A DNA stretch of 64,000 nucleotides from Candidatus Bathyarchaeota archaeon (GTDB lineage: Archaea; Thermoproteota; Bathyarchaeia; Bathyarchaeales; Bathycorpusculaceae): positions 63,502 through 127,501 of the forward strand of contig CAVTBV010000003.1 of assembly GCA_963733095.1 (NCBI GenBank). Reading direction: 5' to 3'. A program made the position numbers and the translations under genes. This document shows, in pieces, positions 28,949 through 38,852 of this stretch. Under the pieces are notes generated by a model. It made no database searches. It saw only the letters and a list, made by a program, of their open reading frames with translations, and was not told the origin of the DNA. Position 1 is the stretch's first letter. Every line of letters begins with the position of its first letter.

Positions 28949-29797
28949 TTATTTTAAAACGCCGAAGATGTACGCGAGCAGTCCCATTAGGAACAAGTAA
29001 AGGACTATTTTTTTGATTTTTCGTGCTTTTTCCCTTGAATGATTCAGCAACAACATCCCCGAACAAGTAAGTAGACCTATGTCGGTCACTAATACAAACG
29101 GAATAAACCAGACACCAACTAACCCCAAAAACCACGTGAGAGGCGTTAGGGCAACGGCAAAAACAAAGAAAACCACTGCTACGATGGCTGCGTTCCTTTC
29201 TCCAAACCGGACGGCTAATGTTTTGACGCCTTCGGTGCTATCGCCTTTAACGTCCACGATGCCCTTGGTAATTTCCCTGCCTGTGTTGGAGAGGAAAGCC
29301 ATTGATGCAAATAGCAAAACATTCAAACCGACGGTTCCGATGGCGGTTATGCTGCCGTAGATGAAGGGTATGGCAACGCAGATGCTGACTAAAAAGTTTC
29401 CCGGTAACCCGCTACGTTTGCCAACGGTTATGTATGTTGCAGTTATAGCCAAAGATGCTCCTGCAACAATAAAACAAAGATAACTGACCAAGCCAGCGAA
29501 GACAAAACCCACCAAAGCTAGCGAACCCACAAATGCCAGGGCTTCAGCAGGTTTTATTGTGCCGCTTGGGATTGGACGTTGGGGTTCGTTGATGGCGTCG
29601 ATTTTGCGGTCGTAGTAGTCGTTGATGACCATGGCGGCGGCGCAGAATGTGAACCCAGTTAGAAAACCGAACAGGATGTTAAGCCAATTCAAAGAGCCCA
29701 AAGAAGCAGCAAGAACCGCACCTACAAGTACGGCAAACCCCATCATTGCACAGTTGACTGGTCGCATTAACCTTATGAAGCCGCCAAGTTTATTCAT
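28949..29797 (-). CDS. UbiA prenyltransferase, digeranylgeranylglyceryl phosphate synthase
   Basis: MRPVNC, INDYYDRKIDAINEPQRPIPSG, REITKGIVDVKGD. Confidence 0.88.
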   Translation of the reverse strand: MNKLGGFIRLMRPVNCAMMGFAVLVGAVLAASLGSLNWLNILFGFLTGFTFCAAAMVINDYYDRKIDAINEPQRPIPSGTIKPAEALAFVGSLALVGFVFAGLVSYLCFIVAGASLAITATYITVGKRSGLPGNFLVSICVAIPFIYGSITAIGTVGLNVLLFASMAFLSNTGREITKGIVDVKGDSTEGVKTLAVRFGERNAAIVAVVFFVFAVALTPLTWFLGLVGVWFIPFVLVTDIGLLTCSGMLLLNHSREKARKIKKIVLYLFLMGLLAYIFGVLK

Positions 29798-29929
29798 GCT
29801 GCCGTACCCGTTTTGACACTAAGTTACTCAGGTTACCTATAAAATTGTATACCTACAATACAGAAAATCGGCTTCGGTTTTTAGAAACAGTTTAAAAGAC
29901 AGCAACAACTATCATCCAACAACAGCTTA

Positions 29930-31237
29930 TTGGTGAAGCCCTTGAGCAACAACTATGCCCCCCTCATCGGAGACAACTATGCTCCAGAAAAAATTCGCGT
30001 AATCATTCCTGTCGGCGGAAAAGCCACACGACTCCTACCCTTGACCGCTGAGACAAGCAAAGCCTGCCTACGCCTATTAAACAGGCCACTGGTGGAGTTT
30101 TCGCTTCTATCATTGGCAAGCCAAGGCATACGGAACTTCATATTCGGCGTCAAAGGCTATACCAACTACCGAGACCTCTATGATTACTTCGAATCCGGCG
30201 TTGGATTCTCCGCCCGATACAACATCAAACCTCGCATCCACATAAAATACCAGCCCAACGTCCCTGACCTTGGCAGCGCAGACTCTGCAAGAATCAACAT
30301 GGACTACTATGAACTATGCAACCCAGTTTTTGCGGTGCAAGGCGACAACATCTTTGACATAAAAGTCAAAAACCTGGTTGACTTCCACAAAGAAAAATGC
30401 GCAGCACTAACTATAGTACTCCGCGAAGTCGACAATGTGGAAGGCTTAGGCATAGCAGACATCGACAAAGACGGTCGCATCAAACGGTTCGTCGAAAAAC
30501 CTCTACCTAAAGATGCCCCAAGCAACCTTGCCAACACAGGCTTGTATGTGCTCTCGCCAGAGGTGCGCAAAATTTTCAGGGAAAAAGGCATCCAACAAAT
30601 CATCAAAGAAAAGAACCGTTTAGACTTTGGCTACGACTTTATACCTTACGTGATTTCAACTGGGCGCCCAGTTTATGGGTATACGTTAAAGGGCAGCTGG
30701 TTTGATGTTGGTACACCGAAGAGTTACTTGGAAGCCATGAAGAACCTCCTCGATGGAGGATTTTCAACACTAAATGATTTCGGCGGCAGATTAAACAAGG
30801 ATACGCCCATTTGGGTGCAGGGGGAGAGTGCCGATTCAGAGAAGCGTCGTCAAGAGATTATTCAGAAAATTAAGCAGAAGAAAATCCAGCTTGAAGGTGC
30901 AGTTTTGATTGGGCGGCACTGCCAAATCGAAGATGGGGCTCGAATCGTTAACTCATGTATCGATGACTTTACTAGGATAGGAAAGAACGCAGTAGTCGCT
31001 AATTCAGCCGTCATGGACCGAGTTATAATCGGCGACAACGCAGAAATCTATGACAGCATAGTCGGTAGGCATGTGGCGGTTAACTCAAGTTGCCATAAAC
31101 CCACAAAAATTACCGCAGTCAGCGTAGTCGCCGACGACGTCACACTCGAAGAAGGCTGCTCATTGAGCGCAACTAAAATTTACCCTCACCAAACAATCCG
31201 CGGAGAGTTCCAAAACCAAACCATAATCGCAAATTAG
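29930..31237 (+). CDS. Sugar-1-phosphate nucleotidyltransferase with left-handed beta-helix
   Basis: GGKATRLLPLT..SK, QGDN, FVEKP, WFDVGTP, hexapeptide repeats. Confidence 0.88.
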   Translation: MVKPLSNNYAPLIGDNYAPEKIRVIIPVGGKATRLLPLTAETSKACLRLLNRPLVEFSLLSLASQGIRNFIFGVKGYTNYRDLYDYFESGVGFSARYNIKPRIHIKYQPNVPDLGSADSARINMDYYELCNPVFAVQGDNIFDIKVKNLVDFHKEKCAALTIVLREVDNVEGLGIADIDKDGRIKRFVEKPLPKDAPSNLANTGLYVLSPEVRKIFREKGIQQIIKEKNRLDFGYDFIPYVISTGRPVYGYTLKGSWFDVGTPKSYLEAMKNLLDGGFSTLNDFGGRLNKDTPIWVQGESADSEKRRQEIIQKIKQKKIQLEGAVLIGRHCQIEDGARIVNSCIDDFTRIGKNAVVANSAVMDRVIIGDNAEIYDSIVGRHVAVNSSCHKPTKITAVSVVADDVTLEEGCSLSATKIYPHQTIRGEFQNQTIIAN

Positions 31238-31788
31238 GCCTTAAACCACTTAAAAATCAAATACTTAATTTCTTTCGAAGTCAAATCGGGCACGGCGATT
31301 ATGAAGCGTTTGCGAACGGTCGTTGCTAACCTGCCGTTCTTCACGATTTCCGTGGCAGAAATATCGGAACCCGCTTTCTTAACTGTCACCATGTACGGTG
31401 CATGTTCGACGCCCGGACCATACTTGTAGACGGCGAAGTCGCAACCGAACTTTATGCCTGGAGTAACGATTAAACCGCTGTCACGCAGGTCATGGTAAAC
31501 AGCGTATTTTTCTTCAAACCCATCGTAGAGTTGCTTGACTTTCAGCCGCAGTTTCCTTAGGCTAACCGTGGTTTCACCTGGGTTCTCGTAAATCTCGATA
31601 CGTTCAACCTCAGCAAGATACAACCCCTCCATTAAATCCAAAATGAGGGGCACATCAAACTCGGGAATTTTTGGTTTTGGGATGCCTACTGGTTTGCCAT
31701 AGTAGGCGGTTTTGTAGAGTTCGGAGCCTTCAGTTGGGTTCCACACGACAAGGAAGTTTTCTATTAACTCAACTTTGGTTTTGGGCAT
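31234..31788 (-). CDS. endA: tRNA-intron endonuclease catalytic subunit
   Basis: GIKFGCDFAVYKYGPGVEHAPY, RLATTVRK; YGKPVGIPKPK crenarchaea-specific loop. Confidence 0.92.
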   Translation of the reverse strand: MPKTKVELIENFLVVWNPTEGSELYKTAYYGKPVGIPKPKIPEFDVPLILDLMEGLYLAEVERIEIYENPGETTVSLRKLRLKVKQLYDGFEEKYAVYHDLRDSGLIVTPGIKFGCDFAVYKYGPGVEHAPYMVTVKKAGSDISATEIVKNGRLATTVRKRFIIAVPDLTSKEIKYLIFKWFKA

Positions 31789-31803
31789 CTGTGTCGCTCT
31801 AAG

Positions 31804-32463
31804 CTACATGATGAACGAGATCATACGGGCTACATCTGCGGCGTCTTCTGCTTTGTCAGCGGAGTTTTCCAGAAGCTGCAAAACGTCTCGCAGGAGCAGC
31901 AGGACGGGGGTTTCTAGTTTGCTGCTAAGGACTTTGATGGCTAAGGTGCGGTATTGGTCGTCGACTATGCGTTCGGCGATTTCTACGTCTTTGGCGCGTT
32001 CAAGGGTTTTTTGTGAGCCATAGTTTAAGACCAGCATGGTTTCTCGGAGTTTAAGTACGGAGTCCAAAACCGCTGATGACAGTTTTATGAGGTCTTTTTT
32101 GATTTCTGGCGAGATAACCCAGTTATGCTCCATAATCTCGACAAGGTAGTAAGCAATACCCTCTGAGAAATCTGCTATTTCACTCGATAAGTTGGTGAAC
32201 CTAAGGAAGTCTTCGCGAGCTATGAGGATGGCGCCTATTTCAGCTAGTTCCTGTGAGACCATGCGCCTTGCTTTGATGACTTCTTCTTCGCCTGCTCGAA
32301 CTTCACTTAAGAGTTTGCGTGCGTTTTCTTTGTCTCCGCTAGCAAAATACTCCACTAGTTGAGGGATTTTTCTTGAAACATCAACAACCTTACGTAAGTT
32401 ATCTTGGCAAGCATTAAGTGCTCGACGCTTCACGCGTTCTTCTGTTTCTGCTGGAAGTACCAA
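31804..32463 (-). CDS. DUF47/PhoU-like phosphate transport regulator
   Basis: REDFLRF, ERIVDDQYR, LENSADKAEDAAD. Confidence 0.82.
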   Translation of the reverse strand: MVLPAETEERVKRRALNACQDNLRKVVDVSRKIPQLVEYFASGDKENARKLLSEVRAGEEEVIKARRMVSQELAEIGAILIAREDFLRFTNLSSEIADFSEGIAYYLVEIMEHNWVISPEIKKDLIKLSSAVLDSVLKLRETMLVLNYGSQKTLERAKDVEIAERIVDDQYRTLAIKVLSSKLETPVLLLLRDVLQLLENSADKAEDAADVARMISFIM

Positions 32464-32534
32464 ATCTTTCCCCCGCTATAATCAACCCTAAATTAATCGG
32501 TTTACTATCGTGTGTGCATTAAAAAAGGTAGCTG

Positions 32535-34307
32535 CTATGTTTTTATTATGTTGCCTAATTGTTCAAAGTTTAGTTTTCCCTGGAAGTATTTGAGCAGTTG
32601 CTCAGGTAAGTCTTTGATTGAGGTGCGGATTTGTTGCCAGCTATCTCGGTCGCGTATTGTTACTTTGGCGTCGTTTAAGGTGTCGTAGTCGATGGTTATG
32701 CCGAGTTGTACGCCTGCTTCGTCAGCTCTTGCATACCGCCTGCCAATGGAGCCTGTTTCATCGTATTCCGTCATGAAGCCTTCGTATGTGAGAAGTTTCT
32801 GCACTTCTTTGGCTTTTGTGTCTAAGCCGTCTTTTCCCATCAGTGGGTAGATGCCGACTTGGATGGGTGCGATGCTTCGCGGGAAACTGAGGATGACACG
32901 GTCATCTTTTAGGTTGTAAGCGTATTCTAATGTCACGTAGAAGAGGCGGTCGGAGCCAAAGCTGGGTTCCACAACATGAGGTACAAAGCGGGTTCCGCGG
33001 ACTATAGTTTTTTGTTTGCAGATGTCCACTTGCTCTGGAAAAATCTGGTAGTTACCCGCCAAATAGCTGCCTTTCTTTGCCATTTCATCTGAGACTTCTT
33101 GGGCTGGAACCTTGGCAAGTGCCGCAGCAACTTTTCCTGCATCTCCCTTGTAGACTGGACCGAGCTTTGCCATAATGGGCTTCACCGTTAGCTCCTCCTT
33201 CTCCATAGGAGTTGCATATTCCTTGTAAACAGTCATGTCTACACCGCTGGCTTTCATGTGGCAACTCAAGTCATAGTCAGTGCGGTAAGCATGACCTGAA
33301 ACCTCCACCCAACCCCAACGGTCAACCAGCACTTCTTGGTCAAAGCTTTGGCTGCTGTAGTGGGCTTTTTCCCATGTGAGTTTCTCGATGAAACGCTGTT
33401 TGTTTGCGGGAACCCCTAGTTCATTTAGGAGGCGCTTTGCCATTGCCATGAAGTATGCTTGCCACTCGGAGCGGATGACTTTTTGGTCGAGGGCTTGGCG
33501 AACGGTTAGGTCGGTTGTGTCTTCGCATTCTTTGAGTCTTGTGTCGCAGAGCAGGATGGGTAAAACCTCGTTTTCCACCTCACATATCCTATCGCAAGCG
33601 GGCTCTTCGGGGTCGAAGAAAAACTCTAAATCGGCAATGGTGAATTCGCGGAGGCGGATTAGGCCTTGGCGTGGGGAAATCTCGTTGCGCAAAGCATGTC
33701 CGATCTGGATGCAGCCAAAAGGCAGTCGTTCCCTTGCAGAAGTAAATAGTCTGTTGAACTCCACAAAGATGTTCTGTGCAGCTTCGGGTCTGCCGTAACC
33801 GATTGCGCCCGAGTAGGGTCCGATGGTGGTTTGGAACATAGTTAAATAACGTTGGGGCTCGCCGAATTTGCCGCCGCAGTCAGGACATACAACACCGTGC
33901 CGCTCCAACTCCTGCGCGATCTCTTCCAAAGTCATCTTCTCTGCTTCAGCGTTGCTGATTCCTTTTTCCTCAAGCAAGTGGTCAGCTCGGAAGCGTTGGT
34001 GGCAGTTTTTGCACTCAACCATAGGCTCTTTGAAGTGGTCAACGTGCCCAGAAGCCTCAAACACCTTGCCCGGTGCAATCACTGAAGACTCCATCTCGTA
34101 AATTCCATTTTTCTTAACGAAAAGTTCCCTCAGCTTGGCTTCAACATTCTGTTTCAGCCGTGTGCCGAGTGGACCGTAAGTGACAAAGCCGCCGCTGCCC
34201 CCATAAATCTCAAAAGATGACCAAAAAAAACCTCTACGTTTAGCTAACTCATTGATTGCAACGAATTTGTCGCATGCTGGTTTGGAACATTTAGCTTCAC
34301 TGCTCAA
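32535..34307 (-). CDS. glyS: Glycine--tRNA ligase (archaeal/eukaryotic type)
   Basis: ASGHVDHF, RPEAAQ, RNEISPRQGLIRLREF, VVEPSFG, SIGRRYARADEAG. Confidence 0.96.
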   Translation of the reverse strand: MSSEAKCSKPACDKFVAINELAKRRGFFWSSFEIYGGSGGFVTYGPLGTRLKQNVEAKLRELFVKKNGIYEMESSVIAPGKVFEASGHVDHFKEPMVECKNCHQRFRADHLLEEKGISNAEAEKMTLEEIAQELERHGVVCPDCGGKFGEPQRYLTMFQTTIGPYSGAIGYGRPEAAQNIFVEFNRLFTSARERLPFGCIQIGHALRNEISPRQGLIRLREFTIADLEFFFDPEEPACDRICEVENEVLPILLCDTRLKECEDTTDLTVRQALDQKVIRSEWQAYFMAMAKRLLNELGVPANKQRFIEKLTWEKAHYSSQSFDQEVLVDRWGWVEVSGHAYRTDYDLSCHMKASGVDMTVYKEYATPMEKEELTVKPIMAKLGPVYKGDAGKVAAALAKVPAQEVSDEMAKKGSYLAGNYQIFPEQVDICKQKTIVRGTRFVPHVVEPSFGSDRLFYVTLEYAYNLKDDRVILSFPRSIAPIQVGIYPLMGKDGLDTKAKEVQKLLTYEGFMTEYDETGSIGRRYARADEAGVQLGITIDYDTLNDAKVTIRDRDSWQQIRTSIKDLPEQLLKYFQGKLNFEQLGNIIKT

Positions 34308-34439
34308 TTCTAAGACCTGTTTACTGGTTAGAAGCCCCTAACAATTAAAACATTACCATAAAGGAATTGCGACTCTGCAGATGTATTTCAAGTTTGTAAT
34401 ACAATGAGACCTCGATTTGCGAGAAAAAAAATTTAGTAA

Positions 34440-34832
34440 TTATTGTACAGCGTCTATGGCTTCTTTTAGTTGTCCTTCAACTTCTTCTGCAAGGTCTTTT
34501 AGGTCGTTAAAACCCAAGGCTTTTATAGATTCTGAAGGGCGATACATGGCGATTGTGGTTTTGTCGTTGTCTTCGTAGATTACGATTTTGCAGGGAAGTG
34601 CTAGTCCGATTTCTTTGTGGTTTTTTAGGGCGATGCTGGCGTCTTTGGCGTTGCAGACGTCGAGGATTAGATAGTCATCGATTGTGCCGCCTGTTTTTTC
34701 TCTGATTATTTTGCTTACATTTATGGTTGCGAGGATCCCGAAGGTTCGCTGCTTGAGAGCCTCCGTTAATGCTTCTAAGGTTTCCTGCACGGTTTTTGAG
34801 GTTTGTTTTGAATAAGAAACTGGGGTGCTCAT
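34440..34832 (-). CDS. DUF302 domain protein
   Basis: ILDVCN, IGLALPCKIVIYE. Confidence 0.88.
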   Translation of the reverse strand: MSTPVSYSKQTSKTVQETLEALTEALKQRTFGILATINVSKIIREKTGGTIDDYLILDVCNAKDASIALKNHKEIGLALPCKIVIYEDNDKTTIAMYRPSESIKALGFNDLKDLAEEVEGQLKEAIDAVQ

Positions 34833-35075
34833 TGTTTTTACCTAAAAAAAAGCATTCGCTATAGCATATTAGCGTATGTGACTACATAGCGACAACCACT
34901 ATGCTGAAAAGTAGCCAGCAAACTTGCTGATGTCAGCAGTTTCACTAACCTATTAAGATCCTAATAGTGTTCATTGATGAGACTTTAGAAGGGTCTACTT
35001 CCCTAAGAGGGTTAGGTCGTTGGAGTTACCCCCTCATTAGATGTTGAAAAACAGTAAATTAATGTTTGGTGGGAG

Positions 35076-35357
35076 TCACGGTTTTTTGGTTTTTGCACTT
35101 GTTTTAGTCAGCGGTATTTTGGTTGGTTCGTCCCAGTATTTGTTGAATTCTGCTGGAGACATAAGGTTTAAACTTCTGAGTTGTTGGCTAAACGCATCCA
35201 GAGCGCACGGGTTGTTGAGGTGCGCACGGTAAATCTCCATAAGTAAATCGACCGCCATAGACGTTGAAATGGGCTTCTTGGCCATCAACGACAATTCCTC
35301 TGAGACTTTAACTAAATCTTCATGAACCCGCAAGGGTAAAGCAACCGTTTTAGTCAT
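35076..35357 (-). CDS. Hypothetical protein (possible ribbon-helix-helix N-terminus)
   Basis: ATG 5 nt after flavodoxin stop; MTKTVALP..VHEDL pattern. Confidence 0.6.
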   Translation of the reverse strand: MTKTVALPLRVHEDLVKVSEELSLMAKKPISTSMAVDLLMEIYRAHLNNPCALDAFSQQLRSLNLMSPAEFNKYWDEPTKIPLTKTSAKTKKP

Positions 35358-35362
35358 GCCAA

Positions 35363-35899
35363 TTACAACCGCTTAGCTATCTGCTGAGTGTCCTCTTTAA
35401 TTTTCACCAAATCATCCGCCGTAGGTTTGCCGCGGATGTCGCCAAGCCTGCCCAAAGTACTCATGTCTTCTCGACCCTGAAACTCACCGACCACATACCA
35501 TTCACCCACGATGTTGAAGCCGAAATGCTCAAAATACTGCCTCATGGTCTTCCCGGCGGGCGTTGCTTCATCGATGCCCGTGTGTGGTCCCGAATAGGTG
35601 CAGAAGACCAAGGCGTTTTTGCCTGCAACTTTTGGAGCGCTGGGCTTAATTTTTCCTTGGCTGCGGTACAAGTTGAGTTTAGCTTTCAGCAAATCAGTCA
35701 TTGGTTTAGCTGGATGCCACTCAATCGACGGCGAACCCACACAAACCAGGTCATAGCCGTAAAAATCAACTTCCGCAGCTTCTTGGGGTTTTTTCAAATC
35801 TACAGCTAATCCTTCGATTTCTAGTCCTTCTTTTATGGCATAAGCCACTTTCTGAGTGTTCCCTGTGCTTGAAAAATAAACTATTAACGCTGACTTCAA
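35363..35899 (-). CDS. Flavodoxin family protein
   Basis: YFSSTGNTQKVA, VGSPS, FCTYSG. Confidence 0.88.
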   Translation of the reverse strand: MKSALIVYFSSTGNTQKVAYAIKEGLEIEGLAVDLKKPQEAAEVDFYGYDLVCVGSPSIEWHPAKPMTDLLKAKLNLYRSQGKIKPSAPKVAGKNALVFCTYSGPHTGIDEATPAGKTMRQYFEHFGFNIVGEWYVVGEFQGREDMSTLGRLGDIRGKPTADDLVKIKEDTQQIAKRL

Positions 35900-36046
35900 A
35901 CCTTACACCTATCTAACTCAAAATCATCTTTCGAATAAAAGCATATTCGTCTTTGAGCGGAACTTGGAATATGCGTTTGAGAAGATTAAATAAACAATCC
36001 AACCACTTTGTTTTATGAGAAAAATTTGGTGTGAGTGCTTGGGTTA

Positions 36047-37267
36047 ATGGAACAAGCGAAAATTTTAGCCCCCTCAATATTGTTGATTGTGGTTGTTTTA
36101 GTGGCTGTTTTCATTAACTATGGTTTCGTGAGCCCGAGCGAAAGCAACAAATCTCCCTTTCATGTCGGCGTCTCCTTCTGCGGAAACACCACCGCCGAAG
36201 CCAAACTCTTAATCGACGAAGTCAAAACCTACACCAACCTCCTCGTTATCCAGTCAGGACCCGTAAGCAAGAACGAAACAAGCCTAAACGAGATAGCAGA
36301 CTACGCAACACAGCAAGGATTGGACATAATCCCTTTTTTCGGCATTTTTGACCCCGACCAACCTTGGCAACTTTCATGGATTGACTCAGCCCAGCAGAAA
36401 TATGGTCCACAACTTTTGGGTATCTACTATTATGATGAACCCGGCGGAATCCAACTTGATATTCCCTATTCCAACTGGACCCACTACTTCTCCCTCTACA
36501 ATACGCGGCTCCAGAATTCTACTTTTTACAAAACACATGAGCCTGCCATACAGGATTTTCTTAACGGCAACCTAACCCGAGACTACCAATCAGCTACCCG
36601 AGTGTATGTGGAAACGCTTAAACGTGACAGTGGGCTTCGCGCCCTGCAAAACCGTTCAATTACAACCTTCACCTCAGAATACGCCCTCCATTGGTTCACT
36701 TACCTCGGCGGCTGGGATGTTGTCTTTACACAAATCGGCTGGAACGATTCTGTCACTCAAGACATAGCCCTTGCTCGTGGCGCCGCCAAATTGCAGGGCA
36801 AAGAGTGGGGGGCTATGATAACTTGGAAGTATGATGAACCACCTTATCTTGATACGGGTGAACAAATCTACAAGCAGATGCAGATGGCGTATACAGCTGG
36901 AGCAAACTACATTGCACTCTTCAATTATCCACAAAGCCCTGCTGATAATCCCTACGGCGTCATGGCTGACGAGCATTTCCAAGCACTCCAAAACTTCTGG
37001 AACGACATAAAGACCCAAAAAATCACCCATGGCTCAACCAAGGGCTATGTGGCATATGTTTTGCCTGAAAATTACGGTTATGGAATTCGGCGTAGCGACG
37101 ATAAGATTTGGTATTGGGGACCTGATGAGCTTTCATCGCAAATCTGGAACTCGACGCGGCAACTGCTTTCTGAGTACAGTTTGCATCTAGACATTGTTTA
37201 TAATGACCCACTGTTTCCTCTTGAAGGCAATTATTCGCGGGTTTACTATTGGAACCAGACGCTTTGA
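36047..37267 (+). CDS. Membrane-anchored/secreted hypothetical protein (paralog of 17116-18297)
   Basis: N-terminal TM; YDEPGG, RGAA..GKEWG, NPYG..DEHF, YYWNQT. Confidence 0.8.
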   Translation: MEQAKILAPSILLIVVVLVAVFINYGFVSPSESNKSPFHVGVSFCGNTTAEAKLLIDEVKTYTNLLVIQSGPVSKNETSLNEIADYATQQGLDIIPFFGIFDPDQPWQLSWIDSAQQKYGPQLLGIYYYDEPGGIQLDIPYSNWTHYFSLYNTRLQNSTFYKTHEPAIQDFLNGNLTRDYQSATRVYVETLKRDSGLRALQNRSITTFTSEYALHWFTYLGGWDVVFTQIGWNDSVTQDIALARGAAKLQGKEWGAMITWKYDEPPYLDTGEQIYKQMQMAYTAGANYIALFNYPQSPADNPYGVMADEHFQALQNFWNDIKTQKITHGSTKGYVAYVLPENYGYGIRRSDDKIWYWGPDELSSQIWNSTRQLLSEYSLHLDIVYNDPLFPLEGNYSRVYYWNQTL

Positions 37268-37596
37268 CATTTCAAATACAGCTTTGGGTTCTCTGAAGTT
37301 GTCGGTTGAAATGGGGTTCATGTGAAAAATCGGTTGATGGAGCGTTCGGGCAAAACCCAAATCATAAATAATTATATTCAAACAATCTGGTATCTATGCC
37401 TAAGAGAGCTACCGTTAACCACAAAGGCTTATTTTAGATTTCATGCTCTAACAACAAAAACATATTGATTTTTTGTTATCAACCTTTTTTTCACAGCAAA
37501 AATCATCAACCGCTAACTTCACAGAACCCAGCTTTGTATTCTTTAAACTATAAATATCCTTCAAGCAATATCTAAAGCAAGTTACAGGTGACTTTT

Positions 37597-38835
37597 TTGA
37601 GAATTGGCTTTTTTGTCTATGAATATCCACCTCAACTCGTCGGCGGCTTGGGCACATACGCCGAATACATAACCCAGCAATACGTTGACATTGGACATGA
37701 CGTTTCAGTTTTCACACTAAACAACAACGGGCTCAAAACAAGAGAAATAATGAAGGGCGTCGAGGTCCACCGACCCCAAATCGCGGATGCAAGTAACATC
37801 TGGCCTTTCTTCGTCGCCGATGACCTCAAAAAATGGGGCACCAACATCAAATTCTTTAACGACATCTTCATCTACAACATCTTAAGCGCAACTAAATTCA
37901 TCAACGGATTAATAAAAAAAGAAGGATACCATTTTGATGTAGTCTGTTGCCACGATTGGTTAAGCAGCATCGCAGGATTGGTTATTAAAAATGAAACCAA
38001 AATTCCAGTTGTTTTTCACGTACACAGCACCGAGTGGGGTAGAAGCGATGGACCCGGTTCCGAAGTCGTATCCCACTTTGAAAACGCCATGGCTCAAAAC
38101 TCAGACAAAATAATAACTGTAAGCTACGCCATGCAACAAGACCTCGTAAAACACGGTTGGCAACCCAGCAAAATCAGTGTCGTTTGGAACGGTGTGGATC
38201 CAGACAGCTATGACCCAGTTAATGTTCAAAAACATGAGGTCATTGCGATTAGGCAGAAGTATGGGATTCCAAACAATTGGAACATGCTGCTTTTCGTTGG
38301 AAGACTTGCATGGGTAAAAGGTGTACGCAATTTGCTTCAAGCAATGCCTCTTGTCCTCAAAGAATATCCCAACACCAAACTGGTCATCTTAGGCAAAGGC
38401 GAAGAACAAAACGACATCGTTGAAACCGCTGAGAGGCTAAACATTAAAGACAATGTTGTGTACAGGTTCGATTTTGTTTCTGAAAAAGAAAGAATCATCC
38501 ACTACGCAGCATCAGACGTCTGCGTCTTTCCCTCACTCTACGAGCCTTTCGGAATTGTCAGTTTGGAAGCGATGGCTATGGAGAAACCCGTAGTGGTAGG
38601 CGCCCGCGGGGTAGTGGGCTTTAAGGAACAGGTTGTAAACAGCGGAACAGAACAAACTGGTGTTCACATTAACGCTGAAGACCCCTCAGACATAGCTTGG
38701 GGTATAAAGGAGACACTTAGGAACCCTATGAAAGCTAAGAACTGGGGCGAAAACGGCAGACGTCGTGTGCTGGAATACTTTACATGGAAAAAAGTCGCTG
38801 AGCAAACCATCAAGATCTATGAGTCACTGCTTTAA
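37597..38835 (+). CDS. Glycosyltransferase family 4 (glycogen synthase-like)
   Basis: EYPPQLVGGLG, HDWLS, HSTEWGR, PSLYEPFGIVSLEAMA. Confidence 0.9.
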   Translation: MRIGFFVYEYPPQLVGGLGTYAEYITQQYVDIGHDVSVFTLNNNGLKTREIMKGVEVHRPQIADASNIWPFFVADDLKKWGTNIKFFNDIFIYNILSATKFINGLIKKEGYHFDVVCCHDWLSSIAGLVIKNETKIPVVFHVHSTEWGRSDGPGSEVVSHFENAMAQNSDKIITVSYAMQQDLVKHGWQPSKISVVWNGVDPDSYDPVNVQKHEVIAIRQKYGIPNNWNMLLFVGRLAWVKGVRNLLQAMPLVLKEYPNTKLVILGKGEEQNDIVETAERLNIKDNVVYRFDFVSEKERIIHYAASDVCVFPSLYEPFGIVSLEAMAMEKPVVVGARGVVGFKEQVVNSGTEQTGVHINAEDPSDIAWGIKETLRNPMKAKNWGENGRRRVLEYFTWKKVAEQTIKIYESLL

Positions 38836-38852
38836 CCAAAAAAAGGTAGTTG

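Noticed and set aside
34970-35040. Hairpins and TGATGA as a C/D box sRNA
   Set aside because: No suitably placed CTGA D box; weak support
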